A stretch of DNA of 64,000 nt from Alphaproteobacteria bacterium. GTDB lineage: Bacteria > Pseudomonadota > Alphaproteobacteria > SP197. How positions within the stretch are numbered: position 1 is the stretch's first letter; every line of letters starts with the position of its first letter. Under the pieces are notes generated by a model. That model saw only the letters and a program-made list of their open reading frames with translations, was not told the DNA's origin and ran no database searches. A program made the translations under genes and the position numbers. Positions 9,707-19,640 of this stretch are shown here, one piece after another. Location of the stretch: the NCBI GenBank assembly GCA_965228895.1, contig OZ245842.1:3296001-3360000 (forward strand), in the 5' to 3' direction.

Positions 9707-10786
9707 TTAGGGCGGGATCGCGACTTCGATCAGAACCGTGCTCTGATACGCCGTCGCGCTGCCTGCCGCGGCGCCGAGATCGTTTTCGTCAAAGAAAACG
9801 ATCATGCTCGCGTTGTTGGTACCGCCGGCGCAGTTCTCCGACGTGTTCGTCGTGGTGAACAACTGGGGTGCGCCGTAGGCAAGCTGTGTCGCCGGGCCGG
9901 TCGTGTTGACGCCGCCGGCATTGGCCCAATAGACCGAGAACGGCAGCGGTGCGTTGATGCCGGAAATTGCCTGGAACGCGCCTTCGGTAGTCGTCGCCGT
10001 CACCTGATAGGTCGCCGGACCACCGGCGCTGATCCGGTTGTTGGTCCACACACAGATGCTGGTGTCGGCATTGGTTTCGTCACCGACGCCGTCCCAGATG
10101 CCAAAGTCGAAGTTGTTCTTAAGCCGGATGAAGTTCATCAGCGGCGGGCTGACAACTGTCACCAAGCCCGAGGTCTCGGTGTCCGTCCCGTTACCGGTTG
10201 GCGTGTCGATGGTCAGCTGAAGGGTGCCGGTATAGGTGCCAGCCGGTACGCTTTCGAGATCGTTGTCGATGATGCGGATGCGCATGCGCTGTCCGCCCGC
10301 GTTCGAGCCCGAACTCGTGCAGACATCGAACTGTGCCTCGGTCAGGCTTTGAAAGATGCGTGGCGTGTTCGGCTGCAACGTCGTCCAACTGCCGCCTGTC
10401 GGGTTCCGGTACTGCACGATGATCGGCACCGTGCCGCCGGGACCGGTCAATTCGAAGGCGCCGCCGGCACCCTGCCCGGTTACCGTCACCTCAATGCTGG
10501 GATTGAAGCGCGGCCGGTTCGAAATGGCGCAATGACGGCGGACAGAGCTGCGGTTGTTGCCGCCGTTCCATGTAATAGTGAACGTGTCGCCGGCAAAATC
10601 CTCAAGATCTGCGCAGGGACGGTTGATTCCGTTGCAGGCCGAGTTTGCCGCAAACGTTTCTGTCGATGTCATGAGACCCACCATCATCATGACAAGCACC
10701 AGGGCGCCCAGCCGCAGGCCCATGAACACTGTCTCGGGTTTAAATCGTCGCGGCCGCAAGGCCGCTATGTCCGAAACAGCGCTCAT
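9707..10786 (-). CDS. Two-domain fimbrial tip adhesin / minor pilin
   Basis: Signal peptide, AGTYTGTLQLTI; C-terminal half aligns with neighbouring pilin (FDFG.WD, CVWTN, LPF.V.WAN, AYQ). Confidence 0.75.
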   Translation of the reverse strand: MSAVSDIAALRPRRFKPETVFMGLRLGALVLVMMMVGLMTSTETFAANSACNGINRPCADLEDFAGDTFTITWNGGNNRSSVRRHCAISNRPRFNPSIEVTVTGQGAGGAFELTGPGGTVPIIVQYRNPTGGSWTTLQPNTPRIFQSLTEAQFDVCTSSGSNAGGQRMRIRIIDNDLESVPAGTYTGTLQLTIDTPTGNGTDTETSGLVTVVSPPLMNFIRLKNNFDFGIWDGVGDETNADTSICVWTNNRISAGGPATYQVTATTTEGAFQAISGINAPLPFSVYWANAGGVNTTGPATQLAYGAPQLFTTTNTSENCAGGTNNASMIVFFDENDLGAAAGSATAYQSTVLIEVAIPP

Positions 10787-10818
10787 GTTTCTCCGGCCTG
10801 CGGCCGGGACATACCTGG

Positions 10819-11370
10819 TTAGGGAACTGCCGCGATCTCGACAGTCAGGACGGCCTGGTACGCGTTGGCGTCAGCCTCCGCAGCGGCCAGGTCGGCTTCC
10901 GCAATATCGATGATCAGCGTCGAGTTCGTGCCGGCATTGCAGTCCGGTGTCGTCGGCGCGGACATGGTGAAACCGGTAGCGGAGTTATAGGGAACGGTCG
11001 TGCCCGTGGTCGCACCGGCGGTGTTCGCCCACTCCACCGCGAACGGCAGCGAGGTCGCCGTGCCGGGGTTCTCCAGCGTGTAGCCGGCTGTGTCGGACGT
11101 GATCTGCACGGTGTAACCGCCGCCGGCATTGGTCCAGACGCACAGGCTGTCGGTGCCCTGCTCGGCGCCGACCAGATCCCAGGTACCAAAGTCAATGTCA
11201 TCCAAACGCAGGATGCTGACCTTCTCCGGGATGATGATGGTGACGGTGGTGTCTTCGCTCTGTGGCGAATCACCGGTGGCTGCCAGCGCAACGGCCGACA
11301 TCAGGGCCACGGAAGCACCGGCGACGCCGGCAACGAGTTTCGAGCTATACTTTTGGGTAAGACGGTTCAT
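10819..11370 (-). CDS. Major fimbrial subunit (pilin)
   Basis: Signal peptide, one Cys pair, C-terminal YQAVLTVEI strand, first gene of the operon. Confidence 0.75.
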   Translation of the reverse strand: MNRLTQKYSSKLVAGVAGASVALMSAVALAATGDSPQSEDTTVTIIIPEKVSILRLDDIDFGTWDLVGAEQGTDSLCVWTNAGGGYTVQITSDTAGYTLENPGTATSLPFAVEWANTAGATTGTTVPYNSATGFTMSAPTTPDCNAGTNSTLIIDIAEADLAAAEADANAYQAVLTVEIAAVP

Positions 11371-11939
11371 GATTTGCCATGACTCCAATAGGCCGTTGTT
11401 TTTAGGCTGACTGGCCGACCCCACGCTTGATCCATCGTGTTGCGCAGGGCTGAATCGCCCAATCAGTAGGCCCTTCTTGCAGCTTCCACCGTGTTCACTT
11501 ATGAGATGAGCCGGTCACTTCCACGCCTTATTCTGCGACGCGTTTTGGTAGGGACCGCCCTTCCAATGGGAGTATGTAGTCTTTCCAAAGGGTTAGGCTC
11601 CACACACTGGAAGTTGTATAGAATGAGAGTGTGGCGTTTATCACACTTTGCCACAAGGTCGGGCAATGGTGGAATAACATTCAGAATGGCTTGCGATTTG
11701 CGACGTTAGGTGATGACCACTGCCATATGTTAGAGAGTGTGACAGGTAACGTTCTCGTGATGCATCGCAAATTGACTATCCATTATGGGTACCTCGAATG
11801 CGCCAGCTCGTGTTCACCTCGACGGAAAAAGGTGCTTCGAACACCATCGCAGTAGCCTCAGGGGGCCGGCTCTTGCGTCCCGCCGCCCGGTGCCATGGAT
11901 TTACGACGCTGATCCCAGCGTTGCGCCTGGGAGGCGGGC

Positions 11940-12190
11940 TTGAAGGGCGCAAACCGCCATCGGCTGGATGCCGGTTGCGGGCACGGCGGCACATCCGCCT
12001 ATCTGCGGCACCAAAGCTGGGGGCACGTTAGTGGCTTCGACATTGAAACCCAGTCAATCGAAGAAGCCCGCAAGACCCCACACGACGTTTGTCGCCTGCG
12101 ACTTCACCGCCGCCCCGGGCGGGCTCGACCGGTACTTCGACGCTATCACCATGTTCAATGTGCTCTACGCCCTGTCCGATCAGCCGGCCG
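11940..12190 (+). pseudogene. Frameshifted class I SAM-methyltransferase remnant
   Basis: LDAGCGHGG...VSGFDIE in one frame; TFVACDF...FDAITMFNVLY in another. Confidence 0.65.
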
Positions 12191-12815
12191 GACCAGCCTC
12201 GAGCGCGAACACCGACCAGACTGCGATCGCGACCATCACCGCGCCGGCACCCCACCGCAGCCAAAGCCGCGCCCTGTCGCTCGATAACAACCCGCGCGCG
12301 CCTTGGGCGCCGAACGCGTAAACAAGCCGGCCAACTACCGCCAGGCCCACATACGACGCGATCAGGATCAACGTCTGCGGCAAGACAGGCCGCGACAGAT
12401 CCATGAACTCCGGCAAGAAATTGATGAAGAAGCCCAGGCCTTCCGGATTGATGGCGGTGATCACGAAACCACGCACGAACAGCGTTCGAAACGGGATGCC
12501 GGCATGTTCGACCTTGACGGTCGGATCAGCATGCGCGGGCCGTATGCTGCGGTAACCCAGATAGAGCAGGTAAACGACACCGCACCACTTCAACACCTCG
12601 AACAGCGGCGGAAACTCTTCGACCAGCACGCCAACGCCAGCCAGCGACGCGCTAATTGACACGAGGTCGCCAGCCACCACGCCGCCGACAATCGCCGGAA
12701 TCGCCCGTCGGCCTTCCGACAGCGTGTAGCTCAAAACCAGGATCGTGCTGGGCCCCGGTATTATCAATACAACAGAAGCGGCCAAGACAAAGGCCAGGTA
12801 CGTCTCAACCGTCAC
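12180..12815 (-). CDS. LysE/RhtB family amino-acid exporter
   Basis: IIPGPS, YLLYLG, GF.IT.INP; GTG start. Confidence 0.9.
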   Translation of the reverse strand: MTVETYLAFVLAASVVLIIPGPSTILVLSYTLSEGRRAIPAIVGGVVAGDLVSISASLAGVGVLVEEFPPLFEVLKWCGVVYLLYLGYRSIRPAHADPTVKVEHAGIPFRTLFVRGFVITAINPEGLGFFINFLPEFMDLSRPVLPQTLILIASYVGLAVVGRLVYAFGAQGARGLLSSDRARLWLRWGAGAVMVAIAVWSVFALEAGPAG

Positions 12816-13041
12816 CAGCACTGACCCATCGATGCGAAACCTGCATGGTCGCGAAGCGCGCGATAGCGGACATGGTGTGGCGCATCGGCAACGCGGACGG
12901 CGCAAGTGTGTCGGCTGGCACAGGATATGCACGACACCCGGTGATCACGATCACCAACCCCGCGCCCCGGGCAAGCATTAACGTTGATCATCACCACCTA
13001 CCCGCTAAGGCGCAGACAACATAGGCATTGAGGCGACACCA

Positions 13042-13212
13042 ATGGCCGACAAAAAGACTTCCAAACCCGACAACCATACCACGCAGACCAACGAACTCGG
13101 CGGCATCCTCTCTGACGAACAGTTGGAAAAGCTGGCGGCAGCAGTCAGCAACGCACAAGCCAACGGCGCCGCCGGCGCGACACCGGCCGGGTACTATTTC
13201 ACCGACGAATAA
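13042..13212 (+). CDS. Small hypothetical peptide (56 aa)
   Basis: GAGG RBS; MADKKTSK...LSDEQLEKLAAAV...GYYFTDE; below the ORF-track cutoff. Confidence 0.5.
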   Translation: MADKKTSKPDNHTTQTNELGGILSDEQLEKLAAAVSNAQANGAAGATPAGYYFTDE

Positions 13213-13410
13213 CCCCGGCTTATCGATCACGTCTTGCGGCTCTAGGGCAGACTCAACCCGCACAACCGGACCTGCTCTAGAGCCGCCACATGAGACTTCC
13301 AAAATCGCGGCGGCTGATCACGCATCCTGTCATGCTGACCAGTCTTCGCGCCGTTCATCCCCATGTCTAGCGTAGTGGTTAAGCCATCCGCACTTGGGGA
13401 GATCCCAACC

Positions 13411-13566
13411 ATGACCAACAAGCTGAACAACGCCGACAAGCGTATCTTCGACATCAAGGAGCCGATGTCGCGCCGCGATCTGTCGATGGAAAAGATCGTC
13501 GACGGCGTTTCCCTGCGCATCACGATCCGACAGCCGCAGCAGGATATCTTTCCGCGCCCGCGCTGA
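13411..13566 (+). CDS. Small hypothetical protein (51 aa)
   Basis: GGGAG RBS, host-like codon usage. Confidence 0.5.
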   Translation: MTNKLNNADKRIFDIKEPMSRRDLSMEKIVDGVSLRITIRQPQQDIFPRPR

Positions 13567-13699
13567 TCGCGCAGACGGCCACGATGTCAAAATGAGACAG
13601 TGTGTTTGCCGCCTTGCACCCATTCGGCACGCCGTATCGGCCCTTCGGACTGTCAGGGAGACGTTGTAGGATCGCGTATCCGCGATCCCAGGGTGTGGC

Positions 13700-13987
13700 A
13701 TGTTGGATCTCAACAACCACGTCATCTTTGCTGACGGCCCCGACGACGACACGGTGCTCGCCATGCCCCGTGACGTTGCCGAGATTGTGTTTCACGAGGC
13801 ATTCGCGCTCTCGGCCAATCCACGCCTGACCTATGCCGACTTTGTCGCCAAACAGCAGATGCTGGAAGGCCTGCTGCGCGCGCCAATCAGCAGCGATACG
13901 CCGACCATGGACGATCTGCTTGCCTTGATGACGGCCGAAACGCGGATCATCAAGAAAAGCGCTCTGACGACCCTGCGCGAGCTCTAG
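13700..13987 (+). CDS. Hypothetical protein
   Basis: 95 aa ORF with protein-like composition. Confidence 0.55.
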   Translation: MLDLNNHVIFADGPDDDTVLAMPRDVAEIVFHEAFALSANPRLTYADFVAKQQMLEGLLRAPISSDTPTMDDLLALMTAETRIIKKSALTTLREL

Positions 13988-14072
13988 CGCCGCACCTTTC
14001 TCCGCCGTCGGCGCGATGGATCGCGCGCCTGCCCTCCTGTAGGCTCCCGTCTTCTTGGGGGCGCCTTCGTTC

Positions 14073-14960
14073 ATGGCTGAACTATTCCTTCACGTTACCA
14101 ACGTGATCTTGCCGGTGCTGATCTGCGCCGCCGTCGGGTACTGTCTCGCGCGGTTCAAGGTTCCCTTCGACAACAAAATGGTCAACGGCGTGGTCGCCAA
14201 CGTCGGTTATCCGACGCTGATCATCTCGCATCTTTCGGGCGCGCATGTGCCGATCGGCGCCTTTCTCGACATGATGCTGGCCGCTGTCGCGGTACTTGCG
14301 TGCTTCTGCGCCTTGGCCTTCATCTTCTTGAAGATCATGGGCCTCAACACCCGCGCCTTTCTGTCGCCGCTGATGCACGCCAATGTCGGCAATGTCGGTC
14401 TGCCCATCGCATTGCTGGCGTTCGGCGAAGCCGGCATGGCCTATGCCATGGCCTTCGTCGTCGTCGTTGTTGTCAGCATCTTCACGGTCGGCATGGCCGT
14501 CACGATGGGTCGTTTTTCGCCGCGCAGCCTTTTGACGTCGCCGATCATCTACGCCGTGCTGTTCACGCTGGTCTTGATGGCGACCAATACGGCGCTGCCC
14601 AAACCGATCGACGAAGCGCTCACCATCCTCGGCGGCTTGGCCATCCCGCTCATGCTGCTGACGCTTGGCTACACACTCGCCACCTTGAAGGTCAGCGCGC
14701 TGTGGCGCGCCACCTATCTCAGCCTCTTTCATATCGCCATGGGCGTGGCGGTTGCCCTGGGCCTGCTCCAGGTCTTCGGCTTCACCGGCACCGAGCGCGG
14801 CGTCTTCATTCTCATGTGCCTGATGCCGGTCTCGGTCGCGACCTATCTGTTCGTCGACCAGCACGTGCACGACCTGGCGCACGAGGTCGCCGGCCTGATC
14901 ATGGTCTCGACCCTGCTCACCATCGTCGTCATGACACTGGCGTTAACCTTCTGGATCTAG
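14073..14960 (+). CDS. AEC (auxin efflux carrier) family transporter
   Basis: About 10 TM segments, NVGNVGLPI, IPLMLLTLG, MPVSV. Confidence 0.9.
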   Translation: MAELFLHVTNVILPVLICAAVGYCLARFKVPFDNKMVNGVVANVGYPTLIISHLSGAHVPIGAFLDMMLAAVAVLACFCALAFIFLKIMGLNTRAFLSPLMHANVGNVGLPIALLAFGEAGMAYAMAFVVVVVVSIFTVGMAVTMGRFSPRSLLTSPIIYAVLFTLVLMATNTALPKPIDEALTILGGLAIPLMLLTLGYTLATLKVSALWRATYLSLFHIAMGVAVALGLLQVFGFTGTERGVFILMCLMPVSVATYLFVDQHVHDLAHEVAGLIMVSTLLTIVVMTLALTFWI

Positions 14961-15117
14961 GGCGGATTTGCGTCTCACGGGCGCACCGCCGGCCCAATTG
15001 CCGCGATATGTGTGCTGACGGTCACTCAGGGCTCCGTTTGCCATGGAAATGTGCAGTTGATTTGCCGACTCTTTCATCGCGTGCGCTACCGCGCCGCCGG
15101 GCTGCCCGGATTGGGCA

Positions 15118-15212
15118 CCGCGATAAGGGCAAACCGCCGGCGACGGTGGGGCGCAAAGCCACCGGTCTTTGCCGGACAAGACGCCGGGCAAAGACAGCGG
15201 GGTTGCCGAAGG
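15118..15212 (+). ncRNA. c-di-GMP-I (GEMM) riboswitch
   Basis: GGGCAAACC-GCCG-GCGA-CGGT-GG-GGCGCAAAGCC-ACCGGTCT...AGACAGCGGGGTTGCCGA matches the Vc2-type consensus; GNRA loop; P3 stem GTCTTTGCC/GGCAAAGAC. Confidence 0.88.
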
Positions 15213-15335
15213 GAGACCGGCCATGGCCGTCACCAGAAACCGAAAACGCGCGATCCGCCGCAGCGGCGAAGTTGCCTGTGTGCCGCTCGAGCCGCGCGAC
15301 ACCCAGCTGCCGGGAAGCCGGCGATGTTGAGTTCC

Positions 15336-16175
15336 ATGCGCGTGATGGCGCTGGCCTCGCAGAAGGGCGGTGCCGGCAAGACGACGTTGGCCGGGCATCT
15401 GGCGGTCGAAGCCGCGCGCACCGGTCACGGCCCCGTCGCCATGATCGATACGGACCCGCAAGGCAGCCTCTATCGCTGGTGGCTGGCGCGCGACGAGGAA
15501 GCACCCAAAGACGTTGTCAAACTCACCGGATTGCCGCGTCGGCGTGAAGACGATCAGTGGACGCTGGTCCAAGATCTCACCGACCTGCGCGACCAGGGTA
15601 TGCGTCTCGTCATCATCGATACCCCGCCCGCCGTTACCCGGCGCATCCGCAATGTCGTGTCTCTGGCCGACCTCGTTGTGCTGCCGGTTAGGCCCAGCCC
15701 GCACGATCTGCGCGCCGTCGGCGCGACGGTCGATATTGTCGAGGCCCAGAGTAAACCGATGATGTTTGTCTTGAACGGTGGAACGCCGCGCGCGCGCATC
15801 AACCAGGACGCCGCGATCGCGTTGACCCAGCACGGTCCCGTGGCGCCGGTCATCCTGCACAACCGCGTCCACTACGCGTCCGCCATGATCGACGGGCGCA
15901 CGGTCATGGAAACCGCGCCCAAATCAAGTTCGGCAAAGGAAGTCGTCGAGCTATGGCCTCACGTCGACGAACGCCTGCGCCGGCCGCTGGTCGTTGCCCT
16001 GGATAACGGCCTCGACCGGGCCGAGCGTGAGGCTGAGGGCGATACCGGCGGCGAGACCACCGCACCGCCGCGCCCGGCCGTCAAGTTCCCCAGCCCTGTC
16101 GCCGGCAGCGGCCTGAAGCCAAGCCAGCCTTTCGGCCGGCGCACCGGCGACCGCGACAGCGCGAAGTCCGCTTAA
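15336..16175 (+). CDS. ParA/MinD family ATPase (orphan)
   Basis: Deviant Walker A KGGAGKTT, IDTDPQGS, IIDTPP; alternative start 15324. Confidence 0.9.
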   Translation: MRVMALASQKGGAGKTTLAGHLAVEAARTGHGPVAMIDTDPQGSLYRWWLARDEEAPKDVVKLTGLPRRREDDQWTLVQDLTDLRDQGMRLVIIDTPPAVTRRIRNVVSLADLVVLPVRPSPHDLRAVGATVDIVEAQSKPMMFVLNGGTPRARINQDAAIALTQHGPVAPVILHNRVHYASAMIDGRTVMETAPKSSSAKEVVELWPHVDERLRRPLVVALDNGLDRAEREAEGDTGGETTAPPRPAVKFPSPVAGSGLKPSQPFGRRTGDRDSAKSA

Positions 16176-16186
16176 ACCAACGCGCC

Positions 16187-17317
16187 TCAATCTGTCCGCG
16201 CCTGCCACGGCTTGGCGTTGATGTCGCGCAGCAACGTTTTCTGCCGGCTCGAGACGACGTCACGGTCCATATAGGCCTGGCGCATGTAACGCTGGCCGCT
16301 TTCAAGGCGGAACGCCTCGCGGCCATGGAACAGACGGTAGTTGTCGGCGAAGTACATCTGGCCGGGCTCCAGCTTGAAACGCAGCCTTATGTCGTCGGAC
16401 GCGATCATGCCGGCGTAGAGTCGCCGGGCTTCATAGAAGGCGTCCAACAGGTCGGGGTCGACCGCAGCGACCTGATCGGCGCGTCCGTGAAAACGCGTCT
16501 GCTTCAAGTTGCCATCAGGCCACAGGTCGATAAAGGGCGAGGCATGCTCCAGGATCGCCTGGTCGTCGACATAGCGGAACACGACGGGGACGCTGGCTAG
16601 CGCGTCGAAAAGATCAGGCCGTTCGCGCCGAATATGCTCGGCGATATAGAAGCCATCGACCAGAGTGGACTCGCCGCCGTCGGCGTCGTTCTGCAGGCAG
16701 TGCAGCAGTGTGTAGCCGGGTTGGGGCAGCCGATAGGGATTGTCGACATGGGGTTCCAGCGCCCGCGGCGTCATGCTGAGGTCATAGGCCTTGGCGATGC
16801 TCTTGACGTCGGCGATGCCACCGCTGTTGGTCCAGCGCAGGAAGCCAATCAACTTTGTCAGTTCCGCCATGCCGTCCGGCTCTACCGGCAGGCCGCGCAC
16901 CAGGGCAAAGCCAAGGCGCGCGATGTCGGCAAGAAACGCCAGGATACGTTCGGGACCGCTCTCCAGGTCGGCCAGATCATGCCACGGCAGCGCTTCGAGA
17001 TCGGCCTTCCACACCTGCTTTTCGCCGACCAGCTCCGGCGGAAAAGGCGTCTGGCTGGCATCGCGCAACGCCGCGAACCCATAGCGGCACCGGTGCCCGT
17101 CGCTGAAGCGGATGTCGACGACATCGCCCTCCTCCTTCGCCTCGACGATGGTGAGGTCAAGCGGCAGTTGCGCGGCGTCCTGAAGCTTGTGACCGGTGAT
17201 CGGATCGCGAAAGCTTTCGTCTGTGCTGTTCTCGCGCAGCCAAAGCGCATGAAAATCATGGCAAAACCCGTCCGGGCTGGATAGGCGAAGCTGGGTTCCC
17301 TTCGACTCGACCGACAT
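16187..17317 (-). CDS. Gamma-butyrobetaine/trimethyllysine dioxygenase-like TauD family Fe(II)/2OG oxygenase
   Basis: N-terminal WLREN...FSDGH domain, HVDNPY, DNYRLFHGR; RBS GGAGG. Confidence 0.85.
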   Translation of the reverse strand: MSVESKGTQLRLSSPDGFCHDFHALWLRENSTDESFRDPITGHKLQDAAQLPLDLTIVEAKEEGDVVDIRFSDGHRCRYGFAALRDASQTPFPPELVGEKQVWKADLEALPWHDLADLESGPERILAFLADIARLGFALVRGLPVEPDGMAELTKLIGFLRWTNSGGIADVKSIAKAYDLSMTPRALEPHVDNPYRLPQPGYTLLHCLQNDADGGESTLVDGFYIAEHIRRERPDLFDALASVPVVFRYVDDQAILEHASPFIDLWPDGNLKQTRFHGRADQVAAVDPDLLDAFYEARRLYAGMIASDDIRLRFKLEPGQMYFADNYRLFHGREAFRLESGQRYMRQAYMDRDVVSSRQKTLLRDINAKPWQARTD

Positions 17318-17488
17318 TTCAGGCACCTCCATGCTGTCGTCGAGGCCACTATGTGTCACCGGCCGTGTGACGGGACATCGATCGTCGGTCAACATTCGTT
17401 GCGATACAGACAACCACGGTTCGATCGCATGGCGGCCACCCGGTGACGCCTTAGACTGCGTTGACGAACTGCACGTTCCCTTTTGCGC

Positions 17489-18259
17489 ATGACGGAAGAA
17501 GACCAATCGATCGCAACCTTGTCCGCGCGGCGTCCGCTCGCGGCCAAGGCCTATGAGTACGAAGCCGGCTATTTGATCGAGCGGCATGCCCACGCGTCAG
17601 GCCAGCTTGTCTACGCGGTGTCGGGCGCCATGCGTGTCGCCGCCGGCCAGGGCGCCTGGGTCGTACCGCCGCTGCGCGCGGTGTGGATACCGCCCGATGC
17701 CCTCCATACCGTCTACATGCATTCCCACGTGTCGATGCGCACGGTTTACGTCGTCGGCAAACGGGCCAAAGAGTTCGAGCGGCGCTGCTGCGTCGTCACC
17801 GTTTCGAACCTGCTTCGCGAGTTGATTTTGGAAGCAACGACGTTCCCCGACGACTATGCGTTGCAGGGCCGCTACCGCCAGATCGTCGAGCTTCTCCTCG
17901 GCGAACTCAAGACATCGCCTCAGGTCCACCTGCATCTCGCCGAACCACGCGATCAACGGGTGCGCCATATCACCGATCAACTGAAGGCGGACCCCGGTGA
18001 CAGCCGGCCGCTTCGATGCTGGGCGCGTTCGGCCCATGCCAGCGAGCGAACCCTGGCGCGGCTCTTCATCAAGGAAACCGGTCTGACCTTCGCGCAATGG
18101 CGCCAGCAGGCCCGCCTGCTAGCCGCGATCGCGATGCTGGCGCAGGGATTGCCCGTCACCACGATCGCCATCGACCTCGGCTATTCGACGCCCAGCGCCT
18201 TCGGCACCATGTTCCGCCGCGCGCTGGGCCGCCCGCCCAGCGAATACTTCATGGATTGA
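17489..18259 (+). CDS. AraC family regulator (cupin + HTH)
   Basis: HAHASGQL, SERTLARLF, DLGYSTPSAF. Confidence 0.92.
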   Translation: MTEEDQSIATLSARRPLAAKAYEYEAGYLIERHAHASGQLVYAVSGAMRVAAGQGAWVVPPLRAVWIPPDALHTVYMHSHVSMRTVYVVGKRAKEFERRCCVVTVSNLLRELILEATTFPDDYALQGRYRQIVELLLGELKTSPQVHLHLAEPRDQRVRHITDQLKADPGDSRPLRCWARSAHASERTLARLFIKETGLTFAQWRQQARLLAAIAMLAQGLPVTTIAIDLGYSTPSAFGTMFRRALGRPPSEYFMD

Positions 18260-19459
18260 TCACAGCGCTGCGCCATCGGGCTTGTCGGCGCGGCGCACAT
18301 AGAGCGCCGCAAGCAAAGCCAGGAATGAAGCCGTCAGCATGATGGCGAGCAACACGAAAGTGCCCGGCGCCGCCGTCACCAGCGCACCGGTGATGACGGT
18401 CAGCAACGCGCCGACAACAGCCGACAGCGCACCGAACAGGCCTGACGCGCTGCCCGCCAGATGCGGGCGCACCGAAAGCGCGCCGGCGCTCGCACTCGGC
18501 GTGGTCAATCCGTTGCCGATACCGACAAACAGCGTCGCGCCGAACAGTAAGCCGACATGCATGAACCCGGCCATCAGGATCACCAGCCCGGCCAACAATC
18601 CGGTACAGGCGACCAGCCGGCCCGCGATCATCATGGTGGTGAGCGCCTGGCGCTTGGCCAGTCGGCCCGAAAGAAAACTGCCGAACACAAAGCCTGCCGT
18701 GATGCTGCCCATCGCCGCGCCCAGTGTTGCCGTCGACATGTCGAAGACCGCCGTCGCGACCAACGGCGCACCGGCCAGGAAGGCATAGAACGCGCCGGTC
18801 GAGAGCGCCATGCAAAGGGCGCAACCCCAGAAGCGACGCGACCCCAGCAATTCCGGATAGGCGCGCACCTGCGCCGCGAAGCCGCCCGTGCGCGCCGTGT
18901 TGGTCTCGCCCAAGTCGACCCAGCAAAGCGCCAGGACGCCAAGGCCCATCGCCGAGAAGGCGATGAAATTCGCACGCCAGCCAAACAGTTCGTCCAGCAA
19001 GCCGCCGGCGAGCGGGCCGACCATGGGCGCCACCGCCATCACCATGCTGATGTATCCGATCGTGCTGGCCGCTTCGTTGGCTGGTTTCGTGTCGCGCACG
19101 ATCGCCAGCGACACCGTCCAGCCGGCGATGATGACGCCTTGCACAACACGGAATGCCAGAAACACGACGATATCGGTGGTCAGCGCGCAGACCAGTGACG
19201 CCACCGTATAGAGGACCATCGCGGCGAGCAGCACGGGCCGGCGTCCAAACCGATCCGACAACGGTCCGATGATCAGTTGCAGCGCCGCCGTCACCGCGAC
19301 GTAACCGGCGATCGACAGACTGATCACCGCATAACCGACATCGAAGTCCACGGCCATCGCCGCGAGCGATGGAAGGAACATGTTGAGCGACAAGGTCGCC
19401 AAGCCGGTCAGCAGGATCAGCGTGCCCAACCGGGGCGGCGTGGTGGCGGAAAAAAACAT
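18260..19459 (-). CDS. Bcr/CflA family MFS efflux transporter
   Basis: NMFLPSL, GPLSDRFGRRPV, 12 TM segments. Confidence 0.9.
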   Translation of the reverse strand: MFFSATTPPRLGTLILLTGLATLSLNMFLPSLAAMAVDFDVGYAVISLSIAGYVAVTAALQLIIGPLSDRFGRRPVLLAAMVLYTVASLVCALTTDIVVFLAFRVVQGVIIAGWTVSLAIVRDTKPANEAASTIGYISMVMAVAPMVGPLAGGLLDELFGWRANFIAFSAMGLGVLALCWVDLGETNTARTGGFAAQVRAYPELLGSRRFWGCALCMALSTGAFYAFLAGAPLVATAVFDMSTATLGAAMGSITAGFVFGSFLSGRLAKRQALTTMMIAGRLVACTGLLAGLVILMAGFMHVGLLFGATLFVGIGNGLTTPSASAGALSVRPHLAGSASGLFGALSAVVGALLTVITGALVTAAPGTFVLLAIMLTASFLALLAALYVRRADKPDGAAL

Positions 19460-19507
19460 GGGGTCCTCTCGGCCGGTGTTCCCGGCGGCGTCGTCGAAAA
19501 AAGACAC

Positions 19508-19536
19508 AAAAAAAGCCCCCGACCGGAATCGGGGGC
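19508..19536 (-). terminator. Intrinsic terminator of the leader attenuator
   Basis: GCCCCCGA-ttccgg-TCGGGGGC followed by 7 T on the minus strand. Confidence 0.85.
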
Positions 19537-19561
19537 GCACAGGGCAGCGTTATGGTTGCCG

Positions 19562-19609
19562 CTACCGGACCATGCGCCACGTGCCTACTACGACGATAGA
19601 GGACGTCAT
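19562..19609 (-). CDS. Attenuator leader peptide MTSSIVVVGTWRMVR
   Basis: ATC GTC GTA GTA run, located between promoter and terminator. Confidence 0.7.
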   Translation of the reverse strand: MTSSIVVVGTWRMVR

Positions 19610-19640
19610 CTTGAATCGTTCCCTTGGCTTTCTTCGCGGC

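Noticed and set aside
11687-11701. Sigma54-like TGGC-N-TTGC (GG-N10-GC)
   Set aside because: Points away from the pilus operon toward a pseudogene; imperfect -24 box
14300-15547. 415 aa Arg-rich ORF and the long N-terminal extension of ParA from 15012
   Set aside because: Off-frame overlap with the AEC gene; the extension runs through the riboswitch
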